From the NCBI RefSeq assembly GCF_052425735.1, contig NC_135770.1, positions 1,054,001 through 1,118,000 of the forward strand: a stretch of DNA of 64,000 nucleotides, in the 5' to 3' direction. Positions 36,027-46,994 of this stretch are shown here, piece by piece (the stretch's first letter is position 1; every line of letters begins with the position of its first letter). A model generated the notes under the pieces. It saw nothing but the letters and a program-made list of their open reading frames with translations, was not told where the DNA came from and made no database searches. Position numbers and translations under genes: made by a program. The stretch comes from Oculina patagonica. Lineage: Eukaryota.

Positions 36027-39000
36027 ATGTCTTCTTTTCGATGTGCTTGTGGACTTCTAGCGTTGTTTACTCTCTTCTGTTTTGTTATTTCTGACGATGC
36101 TCAAGCTCCAGTGCAACACAATCCTCTGCACGATTCAAAACACACACACGACAAAGAGTAAGTGCGAAGGATCATTATTTTAATACCCTTATTAAGTTTC
36201 TTATAGTTTATCCAGGCTATATTTATTAACAGAAATGTATACAATATAACTTATAAGCGGTAACTGTAGTTAGCGTGTTGTGATTTATAATGCGTGCTGT
36301 TCTAGATCTTTTGGTTAAGATTTTACCGAACGTACGTATTTCTATGTCTGAACAGGCTTTTAAACGTACACGTGTACCTAAATTCATGGTTATTAAATGG
36401 CCAATAAGCATTTATATATTTCCAGTTTTGAATTATATCAAAAACAGACATTTCAGTTGCTGTAGGAGAATTTGGGTAACATGTAATTAAATAGTGTTAA
36501 TATTTCTATTAGTTTTTGTATTCTTTTCCTAAGCTTCTGCTCATCACATGACTGCATATATATTGTGTGAGAAGTTACATGTATCATAACTCCTTTCATC
36601 AGCAGTCTAGTGCTAAAAATATACAAAAAAAGGTTAAATACCTCATAATATTTGTAATAGTAGACTGCTTAAACAGGTTTGGTATAGTCCTATTATTCCT
36701 TCGAACCACGCAATGTAACAATTTGGGCCATTCCATATCGAGGGGGGCATAAGGGTTTGCGGTGATGTGGTTTCAATGCGTTATTTTTGGTGCAGTTTTG
36801 CGGTAGTTTTTATTTTAACCTGCAGTATTGCAGTTTTAGAAGACTAAGCGGTGTGCAGTTATTATAACTTTAAGGTCGCAGTAGACAGTGAAGAAATAGT
36901 CTGCGGTGATACAACTCTGTTATTTTTCCACCGGATACTTTTGAATCCCGTTGTTTTTCTTCAGTTAAACAAGCTCGAGCCGAGTGTTTGGTTTTCTTGC
37001 ATACCAGGCTACACAATCGGGGGCTATTATTATACAAATTAGCCCTGTGGTTTGTAATTTGCAGCCAATTCCAGTTTATACTTGATGTGAACAATCGTTT
37101 TATCGAATGAAACGTTGACCTCATGACATTCGAGGCCAGATATTCATCTCAGATCAAGTCTTATCTACCCTCGCTGGTCATTTGAAACTTTCATGCAGTT
37201 TGCGGTTTTTAGATCCCCCTTACACCCCCTACTGCAATTGATGAGGTAGGTCAAAATTTACCCTCAAAGAAAAAAGATGATACCCCTTTTAGAAATTACC
37301 TGATTTTTTATAAAAGTAACTTTTCCCTAACCCCTTTAGAAATATTCAAAAGGTCAAAGAATGCCAACAGGGCTCCCCTCAAAAAAGACCTTCAAAGCCT
37401 CTTCAGAAAATCTCATCTATAGGGTGTGGGCCCGGGGTGTATATATAAAAAGGAATGCCCTCAAAATGGTTCACAATAAAGAAAACCTTTTATTGGACAT
37501 TTTAGTTTATTGTATTGCTGTTCAATTTTGCTCATTATATTTACACAATATACCACAAAATTTGTAAAAATGTACAGCAATACCACATACTAAAATGGAT
37601 ATTACAGTGAATACCCTGTTTCTCAAACCTCCAAGGGAACTGAAAATGGTTGGAGAAATCAAGGAGTTCAAGTAATCAGTGGTAACATGCAGTGCTCGAC
37701 TGAGAGAAGGGAAACTACCCAGGGGGGTACTTGCAGTATACTTGACGGGGAGGGGGCATCTGACGGAACTTCATATTGCGAACCCAAAAAAATACGTGAG
37801 CCTGAAATTTTACACCCAAAAAAATACCTGGCATCAAAATTTTCTACCCCAAAAAGTACAAGACCAAGCACCTCGATACTGATTTATTCAATCAAACAGA
37901 CTTTAAGACCTAAAAAACTACATGACAGATCTCTTGACCTAAAAAAATACGAAGGGTGTAAATTTTCGACCCAAAAAAATACGTCGGACCTCCCCGTCAT
38001 GTATACTGCAAGTACCCCCCCCCCCCTTGGGGGAAACTACTTTTGATTTGAGTTACCTGTATCATGAGATTCCAAAAATTGAGGGGTTAAGAAATCAGGA
38101 TTTCACTGTTAAGAAAAAGGTTAAGTCTTTGTTTGATCAAAACAGGCCCACCAGGCTGTTGTTTACAGTATCTCTGGTTTCCATAGCATGAAGCAACTAG
38201 TGGACGGGGACAGGGGGTGGGAGCCCGGGAGAAAAGGGGTGGGAAGCGGGAGAAGGGAGGGCGAGATGCAGGATTCATCTAAGGTGGTGGGAACCTGGAG
38301 AAAATAGTAAACTTTCGAAACATTTTGTTAAATTTTGCAATGGATCTGGGATAATTAGAAGAGAACTGCTATGGAAAGGGTCAGGAGGAGGGAGTAAAAG
38401 GCACGGGAGCTGGGACGTTCAGACCCACCTGTTCCCCTCCACAAACAAGGAGTATTTCTACTCCACTTGGATCAGATACTAGTCCATTGCAGGATATACT
38501 CCCAAGCATTTCATTCAAATTTGCAGGTGCCTAATGCCTCTCTCCCTTGATGGGAAGAGGCACGGTGTGAGTACAAAGTTTCACCCTTAACACAGCACAA
38601 TGACCCAAGCCAGAGCTCAAACCTGACCACTTGATCTGAAGGCTGGTACACTAACCGCTGTTCCACATTTATTAAAAACTAGCAATTAATAGTATATTGC
38701 AATTCCTGAGTTTTGATTTGTTAACAGGCAATGGTATATGAGTTCATGAATATATCATCCACCACAAACATGGTAGCTGATACCCGTCAATGAAAACAGC
38801 TGGGGAGCTTAAATATAACAATTCTTTGGGGTTTTTTAATCAAACAATTATTCCACTCGCACTTGTTGGATATGTGACCATTGTACCATCTCATATCCAA
38901 TGCACGCTCGTGTAATAATTGTTAAATACCCTCCACAAAGTAAAGGTCGGTAAATTGGTTGCTTGGTTGGCTGGTTGGTTGACTGACTGACTGTCTGAGT

Positions 39001-39365
39001 GACCGACGGACGGACTGATTGATTGATTGATTGATTGATTGATTTGTCTGTTTGTTTATTGACACTGTAGGCATATTAAAGAGCATCTCAAGGATGAGGT
39101 TGAATTGAAGGATGAGCAAATGTCAGATGAGGATTTGCAATTCCACTACTTTAAACTGCATGATTATGACAATAACAATAAATTGGATGGTATAGAGCTC
39201 ATGAACGCAATGACACATTATCACGATGAAGAGGATGAAGGCAAAAACCCACAGTACACTGATGATGAAATGGGACATATGATAGATCAGATTTTAGAAG
39301 AAGACGACCTTAACAAAGATGGCTATATTGATTATCCAGAATTTGTGGCATCCCAGAAGTCTTAA
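36027..39365 (+). CDS. MCFD2: Multiple coagulation factor deficiency protein 2 homolog (likely true ortholog), 2 exons
   Basis: Exon 1, 36027-36157: signal peptide + HDSKHTHDKE. Exon 2, 39071-39365: HIKEHLK..MSDEDLQFHYFKLHDYDNNNKLDGIEL..MIDQILEEDDLNKDGYIDYPEFVASQKS. Length and C-terminus are closest to vertebrate MCFD2. Confidence 0.93.
38952..39060. repeat. Compound tetranucleotide microsatellite (GGTT/GACT/GACG/GATT/GTTT)
   Basis: Visible directly and abuts the MCFD2 splice acceptor. A related (CAAT/CAAC)n tract lies at 52330-52415. Confidence 0.85.
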
Positions 39366-40789
39366 AAAAAACATAAAATGGAGTCATCTATGTGTGCTAT
39401 GAGTTTACCAGGAACATTTTTGATATATTAATACAAGAATACAGATGTTTCTGCCATTGGTTGCTTTTCTTATTCTATTTTATTTTATTTTTTTTATTGC
39501 AAGTTTATTCCACATAAAAGATTACAACTAACTAGAAAAGAATGGACTCACTGCAGCGTCTGACATTTGCAGACTGCAGACTAAGAGAATATAATTGTTG
39601 TGATACCATTACCATTATTGAAAGTTAACCATAAACAGGCTAACAGAAGTGCTATTCAGGCTAACTGGAGTGAATAGTAGGCTCACCAGAGTGTGTAGTA
39701 AGCCAACCGGAGTGAAAGTCTGCAAGTCATCATCATCACATCCTTTATTTAAACATGATCAGGTTCTAAGCACAATGCTTGTGGGGTTGTGTGACTGCAG
39801 TCTGCAGTCTGCAAATGTCACACACCGGACTCACGGTGGAGAGGGGAGCATCCAAAAAGTGCTTGAGACACCATGCTAGGGATGCATCCCAACAAAAGAG
39901 TTGCATCAACTTCTTTTTCTCCTAAGAGAGGCACATCTCACGTTCATCTGTGTAAGGCTTAATCATCATTAGTATAGATTTTTACAGCTCTAATCTTCAA
40001 TGTCTGTCATGGTAGTAAAGGAAAACAGGTGACCAAACATTGACATCTGGTTATTTCAGGCTATTGATCTCATCTACTTACATTCAATTAGCAACATAAA
40101 TTATTGTTGTGTCAATTTTTCTATTCAATAACATATTTTACACTTGATGGAATCAACACAAGTCTACTCTCTTCATTTTGCGAGGCGACATGCACCATTT
40201 GCAAGGATCTTCGGCATTGGCCAAGCAAAACAATAGACACAGCCCCTAGCACAGAAACAATCCCCCTAGCCCTAATAACAATAGTGGGGCAAGTTAAACA
40301 AGAACAAATTAAAATAGAGCTTTTAAAGTGGTGCAGGTTAACTGCATTTTGGAACAAAGGTTAAATTCAATAATTATTGTCAGTAGTTTATAATTCAGCT
40401 CATTATTATGCATGTAATGGCATTTTATTGTCCTTATCATATGAAAATGGAACATTTCAAAATGTACTTCTGTTTGGCCTCAGTCTTAGGCTTAACAGGA
40501 TGTTGAGACCCTAATGAGCACTGATTTAGTATTTATGCTCCCAAGCGTAGGGAATGGCTAAGAGCGTGCAGCCCAGCTGGACTTCAGGAACCCTTGCCTT
40601 GTACTTGTTCAAAAATGCTTTTTTTAAAATGCTTTTTTTCACCAAACAGTTAGAAATAGAAATACCGAGTCAAGTTAAAGGAACAATATGGTTGTTTCTA
40701 TAACTCTACCGAGCTTAAGCAGAATTCTATTAGACAGAGTTCTTATGCAAATGCTGCCTTCTGATTGGTTGAGCTACCGTACATTTTTA

Positions 40790-41790
40790 TCAATTAGAAG
40801 GCAAGCTCGAGGTTTCTTCCGGCTCTCCATCGCTCAGAGTTGATTTTTTGAAGGATTTGTTGAAAAAAATCGGCGAAAAACTGAGCGCGCGCTCCGACAG
40901 CCGTCTAACGATCGTGAGCATAACCACACTGACCGTCTTGGTAATTGCCTAATCTGATTGGCTACACAGGTGCCGTCTATTTAACATTAGGACGGCAAGC
41001 TCGAGGTTTCTACCGGCTGTTAGCATAACCACTCTGACCTACTATTGGTAATCGCGCAATCTGATTGGCTACACAGCTGCCTACTATCGATCCGTAGAAG
41101 GCTCTCGGAGCGCGCGCTTAGTCTTCGCTGAATTTTATCAATCAAAACCTTCAATAAATCAACTCTAGCTATATTTTGTGTTTAATAGATCGGTCAGTGG
41201 GTTATGCTAACACAATTAGACGGCTCGCTCTCGGTTTCTACCGGCTTTTGATAGTTGGCTCGGGGCTTCGCCCCTCGCCAACTATCAGCCGGTAGAAACA
41301 ACGAGCTTGCCGTCTAATTGTTAAATAGTTGACGAGGGCCGAAACCCCGAGCCAACCATCAAAAGCCGGTAGAAACCGAGAGCGAGCCGTTCAATTGTTT
41401 AACCATAACCCAGTAGCTGATCGTTTAAACACATATCGCTAGAGTTGATTTTTTGAAGGATTCTTTTGTTGAAACAATTTAGCGAAAAACAGAGCGCGCG
41501 CACCGACAGCCGTCTAACGATCGTTTGCATAACCACACTGACCGTCTATTTTGGTAATTGCTCAATCTGATTGGCTACACAGGTGCCGTCTATTTAACAA
41601 TTAGACGGCAAGCTCGAGGCTTCTATCGGCGAGCCGTCTAATTGTTTTAGCATAACCCAGCTGCCGAACTATTAAACACACGATATCGCTAGAGTTGATT
41701 TTTTGAAGGATTTGTTGAAAAAAAAATCAGCGAAAAACTGAGCGCGTGCTCCGACAGCCGTCTAACGATCGTTAGCAAAACCACACTGCC
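40790..41790. repeat. Complex direct+inverted repeat array
   Basis: AGAGTTGATTTTTTGAAGGA..CCGACAGCCGTCTAACGATCG..AACCACACTG occurs three times direct and once inverted. A central palindrome at ~41212-41400 carries GGGCTTCGCCC hairpins. Confidence 0.8.
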
Positions 41791-42661
41791 CTGGATGCAA
41801 CCCACCCTCGAGGATTTTCGCAACTTCGATAAGAAGATTTACTCTGTGATGCTAAGTCTTTTATAATAAGCTATTATAGCATTTATAGCTTGCGGAAATT
41901 TTTATGTGTCAGGTGTTTGTCCATGTCATTTCAAGTCGCAACTATCTGAATGCCCCCTCCCCACCCCCACCCCACGAAAACAACGTTGAAACTTTGTTTC
42001 TAGGTTGGCTGTACTGGGGGTGGGGAGGGTAGAGAAAAACAGAGATCACTTGTCGGCAAAAAGCTGTAGTGAAGTTGGCTAAAGTACTTCAACAATTTTA
42101 CATGTAAAATCTCGTATATTTTGGAACTGATCGTTGCATTTTTCTGCTCCAAATATAAGGACCCATATGGACGTGGGTTTTGCGCGACGCACTCTTTTGG
42201 AATGAAAACTGTACGATTTTTAAATTGTTTACGCGGCGGACTTATTTAAGAGTTTAGTTGAGATATTGCTAATTGTATTAGACTTTGTTGTAGACTGATC
42301 ATGATGTGAAGAAACATAAGAAGTAGAAATCTCCATTATAGTATTATGATTAACATTCTGCGAGACCATAAATAAAGGAAGTGTTTTTTTGGGGGGGGGG
42401 GGGGTGGGGGAGGGGGGATCAGAGAATGAATTTCAGAAAGCAAGTGGGATACGGCAACTTAAAAATAAAATAGTCAAACGGATCCACGCAAAAAAATGTA
42501 TTAACTCAACCCACGCAAAAGTAGACCAAAAATCCCACTTAAAAGACTAACATTTTTTCATTTATTGTTTAATTGCCATCTCCTGCGATGAGTTATATTA
42601 TTAATTTATCATAATGTATTCAGAAAGTTATTAAAAAATGAACAATACTATTCATAAAATC

Positions 42662-42849
42662 AATAATCCATTTCCGAGTTACCCTTCGCCTCTCTTTCAA
42701 AACGAGTCTAAGTGCGAAACAATTCAAATGAAAATGAGTTTTACCTACAGGTCCATTTTCATGCAAATCGAACTCATTTTCATTTGAATGGTTTCGCACG
42801 TATAATCGTTTTGAAACCGAGGCAAAGGGTAACTCGGAAATGGCCTATT
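42662..42849. mobile_element. MITE
   Basis: CCATTTCCGAGTTACCCTT ... AAGGGTAACTCGGAAATGG TIRs with a palindromic interior. Confidence 0.8.
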
Positions 42850-44219
42850 GACAAAGAGGAACCATTGCTCATTATGTGCTTATCTTGAACGGCTTGTAAC
42901 GGAGATGTTTGGAAAACGAGGTTTTTTTTATAGCAAGCCATCACATAACAACAAGGTTTTCGTGTCAGGACTCTTTACAGAATTTGACCTGTAGTTTTTC
43001 GATACAAACGTCTTCCACCTTTTAACAAGTCTAGATAATAAAAGGTACAACAGAATTCCTTCAGTCCGAAATAAATTAACAAGTCCTTTGTCTGAGTACC
43101 GAGTTAGGGTAAAACTGTTTTTTTGTTTTGTTTTCGCTTTTACCCCCATTGCATTCAATTCAGCGAAAACACATTTCCACATTTCGTTCGCATAAAAATA
43201 AAACAGCTAAAGCAAATGTTGACAATATTGGTTGACAGAAAGTATAATTTTGCCGTTTATTTGATATATTGTGTATATATGTCAGAATTTTTTAATAATC
43301 TCATTTATTAAATTTTACGATGTTTACAACGTCATCTATTCTGAACAGCCACTTTAGACAATCGCTGCTTGTCTTGCAACGACAGTTTTACTAACTAACT
43401 AGAGATCGCACCCTTTTTGCTAAACACGAGAATTATTTTAGATACATTCATTCACTTGCCGAACATGACAAACTTTTATCAATAGTTAATCTTTTCTTCA
43501 ACCTAAATCTTAATTAATTTCTTTCTATAGTTTTACTCCACGCCAATCAATCAACCAATTAATCAGTCACGCCTTTTCGACCAATAAAACCACGTCAAAA
43601 AATATGTTCAAAAGTGAGATTCATTTATGTTCTTCAGTCATTTGTGATCGCGATAAATCCTGAGGAGGGAAGACGATTTCTACAATCCGACGAGGTAAGG
43701 GATATCGATCTTCCTCTTAACATATAATGATAATATTACCATTTTTTTAATAGCGGACCTATTGTTAGAAATTGTTGCTTCAGCCATACTTTTCTTTTTC
43801 AAGTTCCGAGATTTCATTAACCTTAATTTACAATTAAGACGATTAGTTTTTGTAAATGGGGTAGGCCGTCTTTTATATCGAATCGGACGACTGTTCTAAT
43901 ACCTGGGCTTGCCACTGCATTGCTCGCAATTGCAAATTTATATTAGTTTGTGTATGACAAATCACTTTTTTCCCTATTTACTCGCAAGAGAATATAAATG
44001 AAACAGAAACTAAGAGGATCTACCTTTAATATGATTGTGCATTAAACGATTTATCCCTTTCAAACGGATCGGGAAGTTATCATGTTAAAAGTCGCTGCCT
44101 TTATCGCCACATCATGCAGTTATTGTTTAAGTGAATATTCTGTCTGAAAATAGTGTAATTGTAGTCAGGAGATGACATAGTTCGTTAAAGGTTTGTCGCT
44201 GACTGTGTTTTTGATGTTA

Positions 44220-44267
44220 TTTTCCAAGACGTTTCGGCTATTGCTTAAGCCTTCATCAGCTAAAAAA
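44220..44267 (-). ncRNA. Minimal type I hammerhead ribozyme (Penelope-associated)
   Basis: Minus strand reads TTTTTTAG-CTGATGA-A-GGCT(taagcaat)AGCC-GAAA-CGTC-TTGGAAAA. Confidence 0.75.
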
Positions 44268-44549
44268 TCAAAGCTTTCACACGCGATTTAAAAAAGCAAC
44301 ACGTTAGTGCGCGCTTTAAAATAACGTGTAAAAGTTTGAAACAAAAGAACGTGGCGCGAAACTCATGCGCGTGACAAGGACTTGTAAACTTGTTCGACCA
44401 TGACTCAAAGATCTCCTGTCATGTACATGAAAATAATCACCACATGGATTTTAATGCCGTCAATGTAGTTGGACATGAGCCAAATTACCACAAGCGACTC
44501 TTTTTGGAAGCCTGGTTGTCCATTAAGGATCCGCACTCTGGGAACGGCC

Positions 44550-46086
44550 CTTTCTTTGGAGACCCAGGGGCAGTTAGTGGGGCGAGGGAAACGCGAAAAT
44601 GCGGGTATAAAAATAGCGCCAAACTGCGGGGAAAAATCGGCATATTAATGTTGGAGCGACTGAAAGGTGCCCCTGGGGAAAGAGTCTTACCAGACCAGTT
44701 CAAAAAGCTCTCTGAATACTGCCTTCCTGATTGGGCAGAAAAATCTTTTGTATTCCCTTTGTATTATTCTGCCCAATCGGCGACCAGCCTGACTACAGTC
44801 CTTTTGGTCACAGGTCACATTATAGGTAGGTAAACTTTATTTCAAAATAGATAGTTATTTACCCGATTTTAGAGAATCCGTGATTTTCCCATACATTTCT
44901 CTATATACACAAGCTGTCGCATACACCACGTATGTAGAGTCGGCCGCCCGAAGGGCTCTCAAAAACACATCAAAAAGACGACTTTTGAGCTTGGGAAGCC
45001 TGTGTTTTGGTGTGTTCTCATGCGACGTACATTGTATGTACACAAAGCCAGTTCGCTCGCCATATCTGTCTTGCTTGTTCGCGAAGAATTTGCTTGGGAA
45101 GGAAAAGTTTCGGCTAGTGCTTCCCCTGGTCGAAAACGTCGAAAGTTTCACGGCCATGCCCTCGGTGAAACGGCGGATTCTTCAGATTGGAGTCGATCGC
45201 AGGTATCGTAATACTTGCTTGCATGCTGTTTGCCGCGATTTTTAACACAATTTGTGTGCGATATGCTAGTTGCACTGCTAAAATGGATGTTTTCGGATCT
45301 TTTATGGGAAGATCGATGACAGCTTGAAGCAACACTTCTCCAAACAAGAGTAAATTTTTCACGAACAAGCCAGGCAGATGTGTCGAGCGGCCGACTAGCT
45401 ACGCGTGCAAAGCGTGCAACAGCGATTTTAGCACTCATCCTCCGCATCTAGGTGTTGAAATACGATGGTCGTTGATCGGTAACAGTACATCGAGTGTTGT
45501 TCGATCGTGGAATATGAGCGGCTCTGCGAGTGTAAACGATTGTTGTCGTTTGTGTTCTTATGTGTTTTTGGACAAGAAACGAAAGAGGAACAATTCGGGA
45601 GAATTCCGCAAAAAATTCGTAGGTATTTTTGGTGAAGTGTGCGAGTGTGACGGTCGACCTAAGGCGATTTGTGACGGGTGCAGGTACAAAACCGAAAAGG
45701 CATGGAAGGGAAGAAAGGCTTGCGAAGAAAGCGATGCAGCAACACGCCCTGAAACGGAAAAATCCGATTTCCCCGCGGGCATGGCCGTGAAACTTTCGAC
45801 GTTTTCGACCAGGGGAAGCACTAGCCGAAACTTTTCCTTCCCGAGCAAATTCTTGGCGAACAAGCAAGACAGATTACAAAGGGAATACAAAAGACTTTTC
45901 TGCCCAATCAGGAGGCAGTATTCAGAGAAATTTTTGAACTGGTCTGGTAAGACTCTTTCCCCAGGGGCACCTTTCAGTCGCTCCAACTTTTATATGCCGG
46001 TTTTCCCCCCGCAGTTTCGCGCTATTTTTTACCCGCATTTTCGCGTTTCCCTCGCCCCACTAACTGCCCCTGGGTCTCCGAGGATG
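44550..46086. mobile_element. Long-TIR non-autonomous DNA element nested in Penelope remnant
   Basis: ~200-bp TIRs GGAGACCCAGGGGCAGTTAGTGGGGCGAGGGAAACGCG..., a second inverted block at 45064-45161 / 45737-45872, and a 9-bp TSD GGAACG(G/A)CC. Confidence 0.8.
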
Positions 46087-46234
46087 GGAACGACCATGCT
46101 GTCATCCCAGAGGTTTACAAGTCCATGTCAAGGGCATCAGTTTCGCACCACGTTCTTTTGTTTCAAACTTTTACACGTTATTTTAAAGCGCGCGCTAACG
46201 TGTTGCTTTTTAAAATCGCGTGTGAAAGCTTTGA

Positions 46235-46282
46235 TTTTTTAACTGACGAAGGCTTAAGCAATAGCCGAAACGTCTTGGAAAA
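46235..46282 (+). ncRNA. Minimal type I hammerhead ribozyme (Penelope-associated)
   Basis: TTTTTTAA-CTGACGA-A-GGCT(taagcaat)AGCC-GAAA-CGTC-TTGGAAAA. Intact CUGANGA/GAAA core, GUC cleavage triplet, and an 8-bp stem I with G-U pairs. Confidence 0.75.
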
Positions 46283-46994
46283 TAACATCAAAAACACAGC
46301 CAGCGACAAACCTTTAACGAAATATGAATATTCTGTCTATCCAATCTAAATACCAACAGCTAAGTAGGATTGAAACAGTGATACTAGAGATCTGATCCAA
46401 TTTGTTTAAAAAAGAATATATCCATTTTATTTACCTGCCGAATATGACAAACGTTTACAAATATTGTTATTAACCTAAATTTTAATTAAGCTTTAATTTC
46501 TTATGGTTTCGGAAGATGTACTTAACATAGGAACACAAATTAGTGTTATTTAAAACTGGCAGGATTTAATTTTCTCAATGAACAATATGTTCCTACGTTC
46601 CCTTCGCGCGACAAATAAAACATCAACTAGAACTTTAAGCCCAAGTGCGCAAATGCTTTTAAAACGGTTTTATAGATGTACTGTTAAAAGAAGAAAAAGG
46701 CACGAAAAACTTTGAATCGTTCTACTATTGTTGAGAAATATTAATAAAAGAAGGAAGTTTTGGTTTTGCAGGAGAAACCGTCCCTACAATTTCGTTTTAT
46801 AGCTTACAAGAGGTATTTTGTAGTTATAGCTAAAACTTTTTGGACGAAGACGCTCTGTTGTCGATTTACCACAAATATTTGATAGTTTCACTCACTGATG
46901 CATTTCACTTTGTATATATATTTCTCAGTTAACGAAGAGCAAGTGCAAGCTGTAGTGAACTACTGCGGTCCTTCTCTGTTTCTTGATTGGAACA

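Larger units (their letters stand above)
44146..46326 (+). mobile_element. Second Penelope-like insertion (GIY-YIG C-terminal remnant + inverted 3' repeat), interrupted by a DNA element
   Basis: Remnant SKISCHVHENNHHMDF..KRLFLEAW..HSGN|DHAVIPEVYKS. Inverted arm ~44176-44391 mirrors ~46111-46326. TSD (TG)AATATTCTGTCT at 44132-44145 and 46325-46338. Confidence 0.85.

Noticed and set aside
43604-43694. Coding first exon for the Gly-rich gene
   Set aside because: The ATG at 43604 reaches a stop after 19 codons. At most this is a 5' UTR exon or uORF with a good donor (GAG|GTAAGG).
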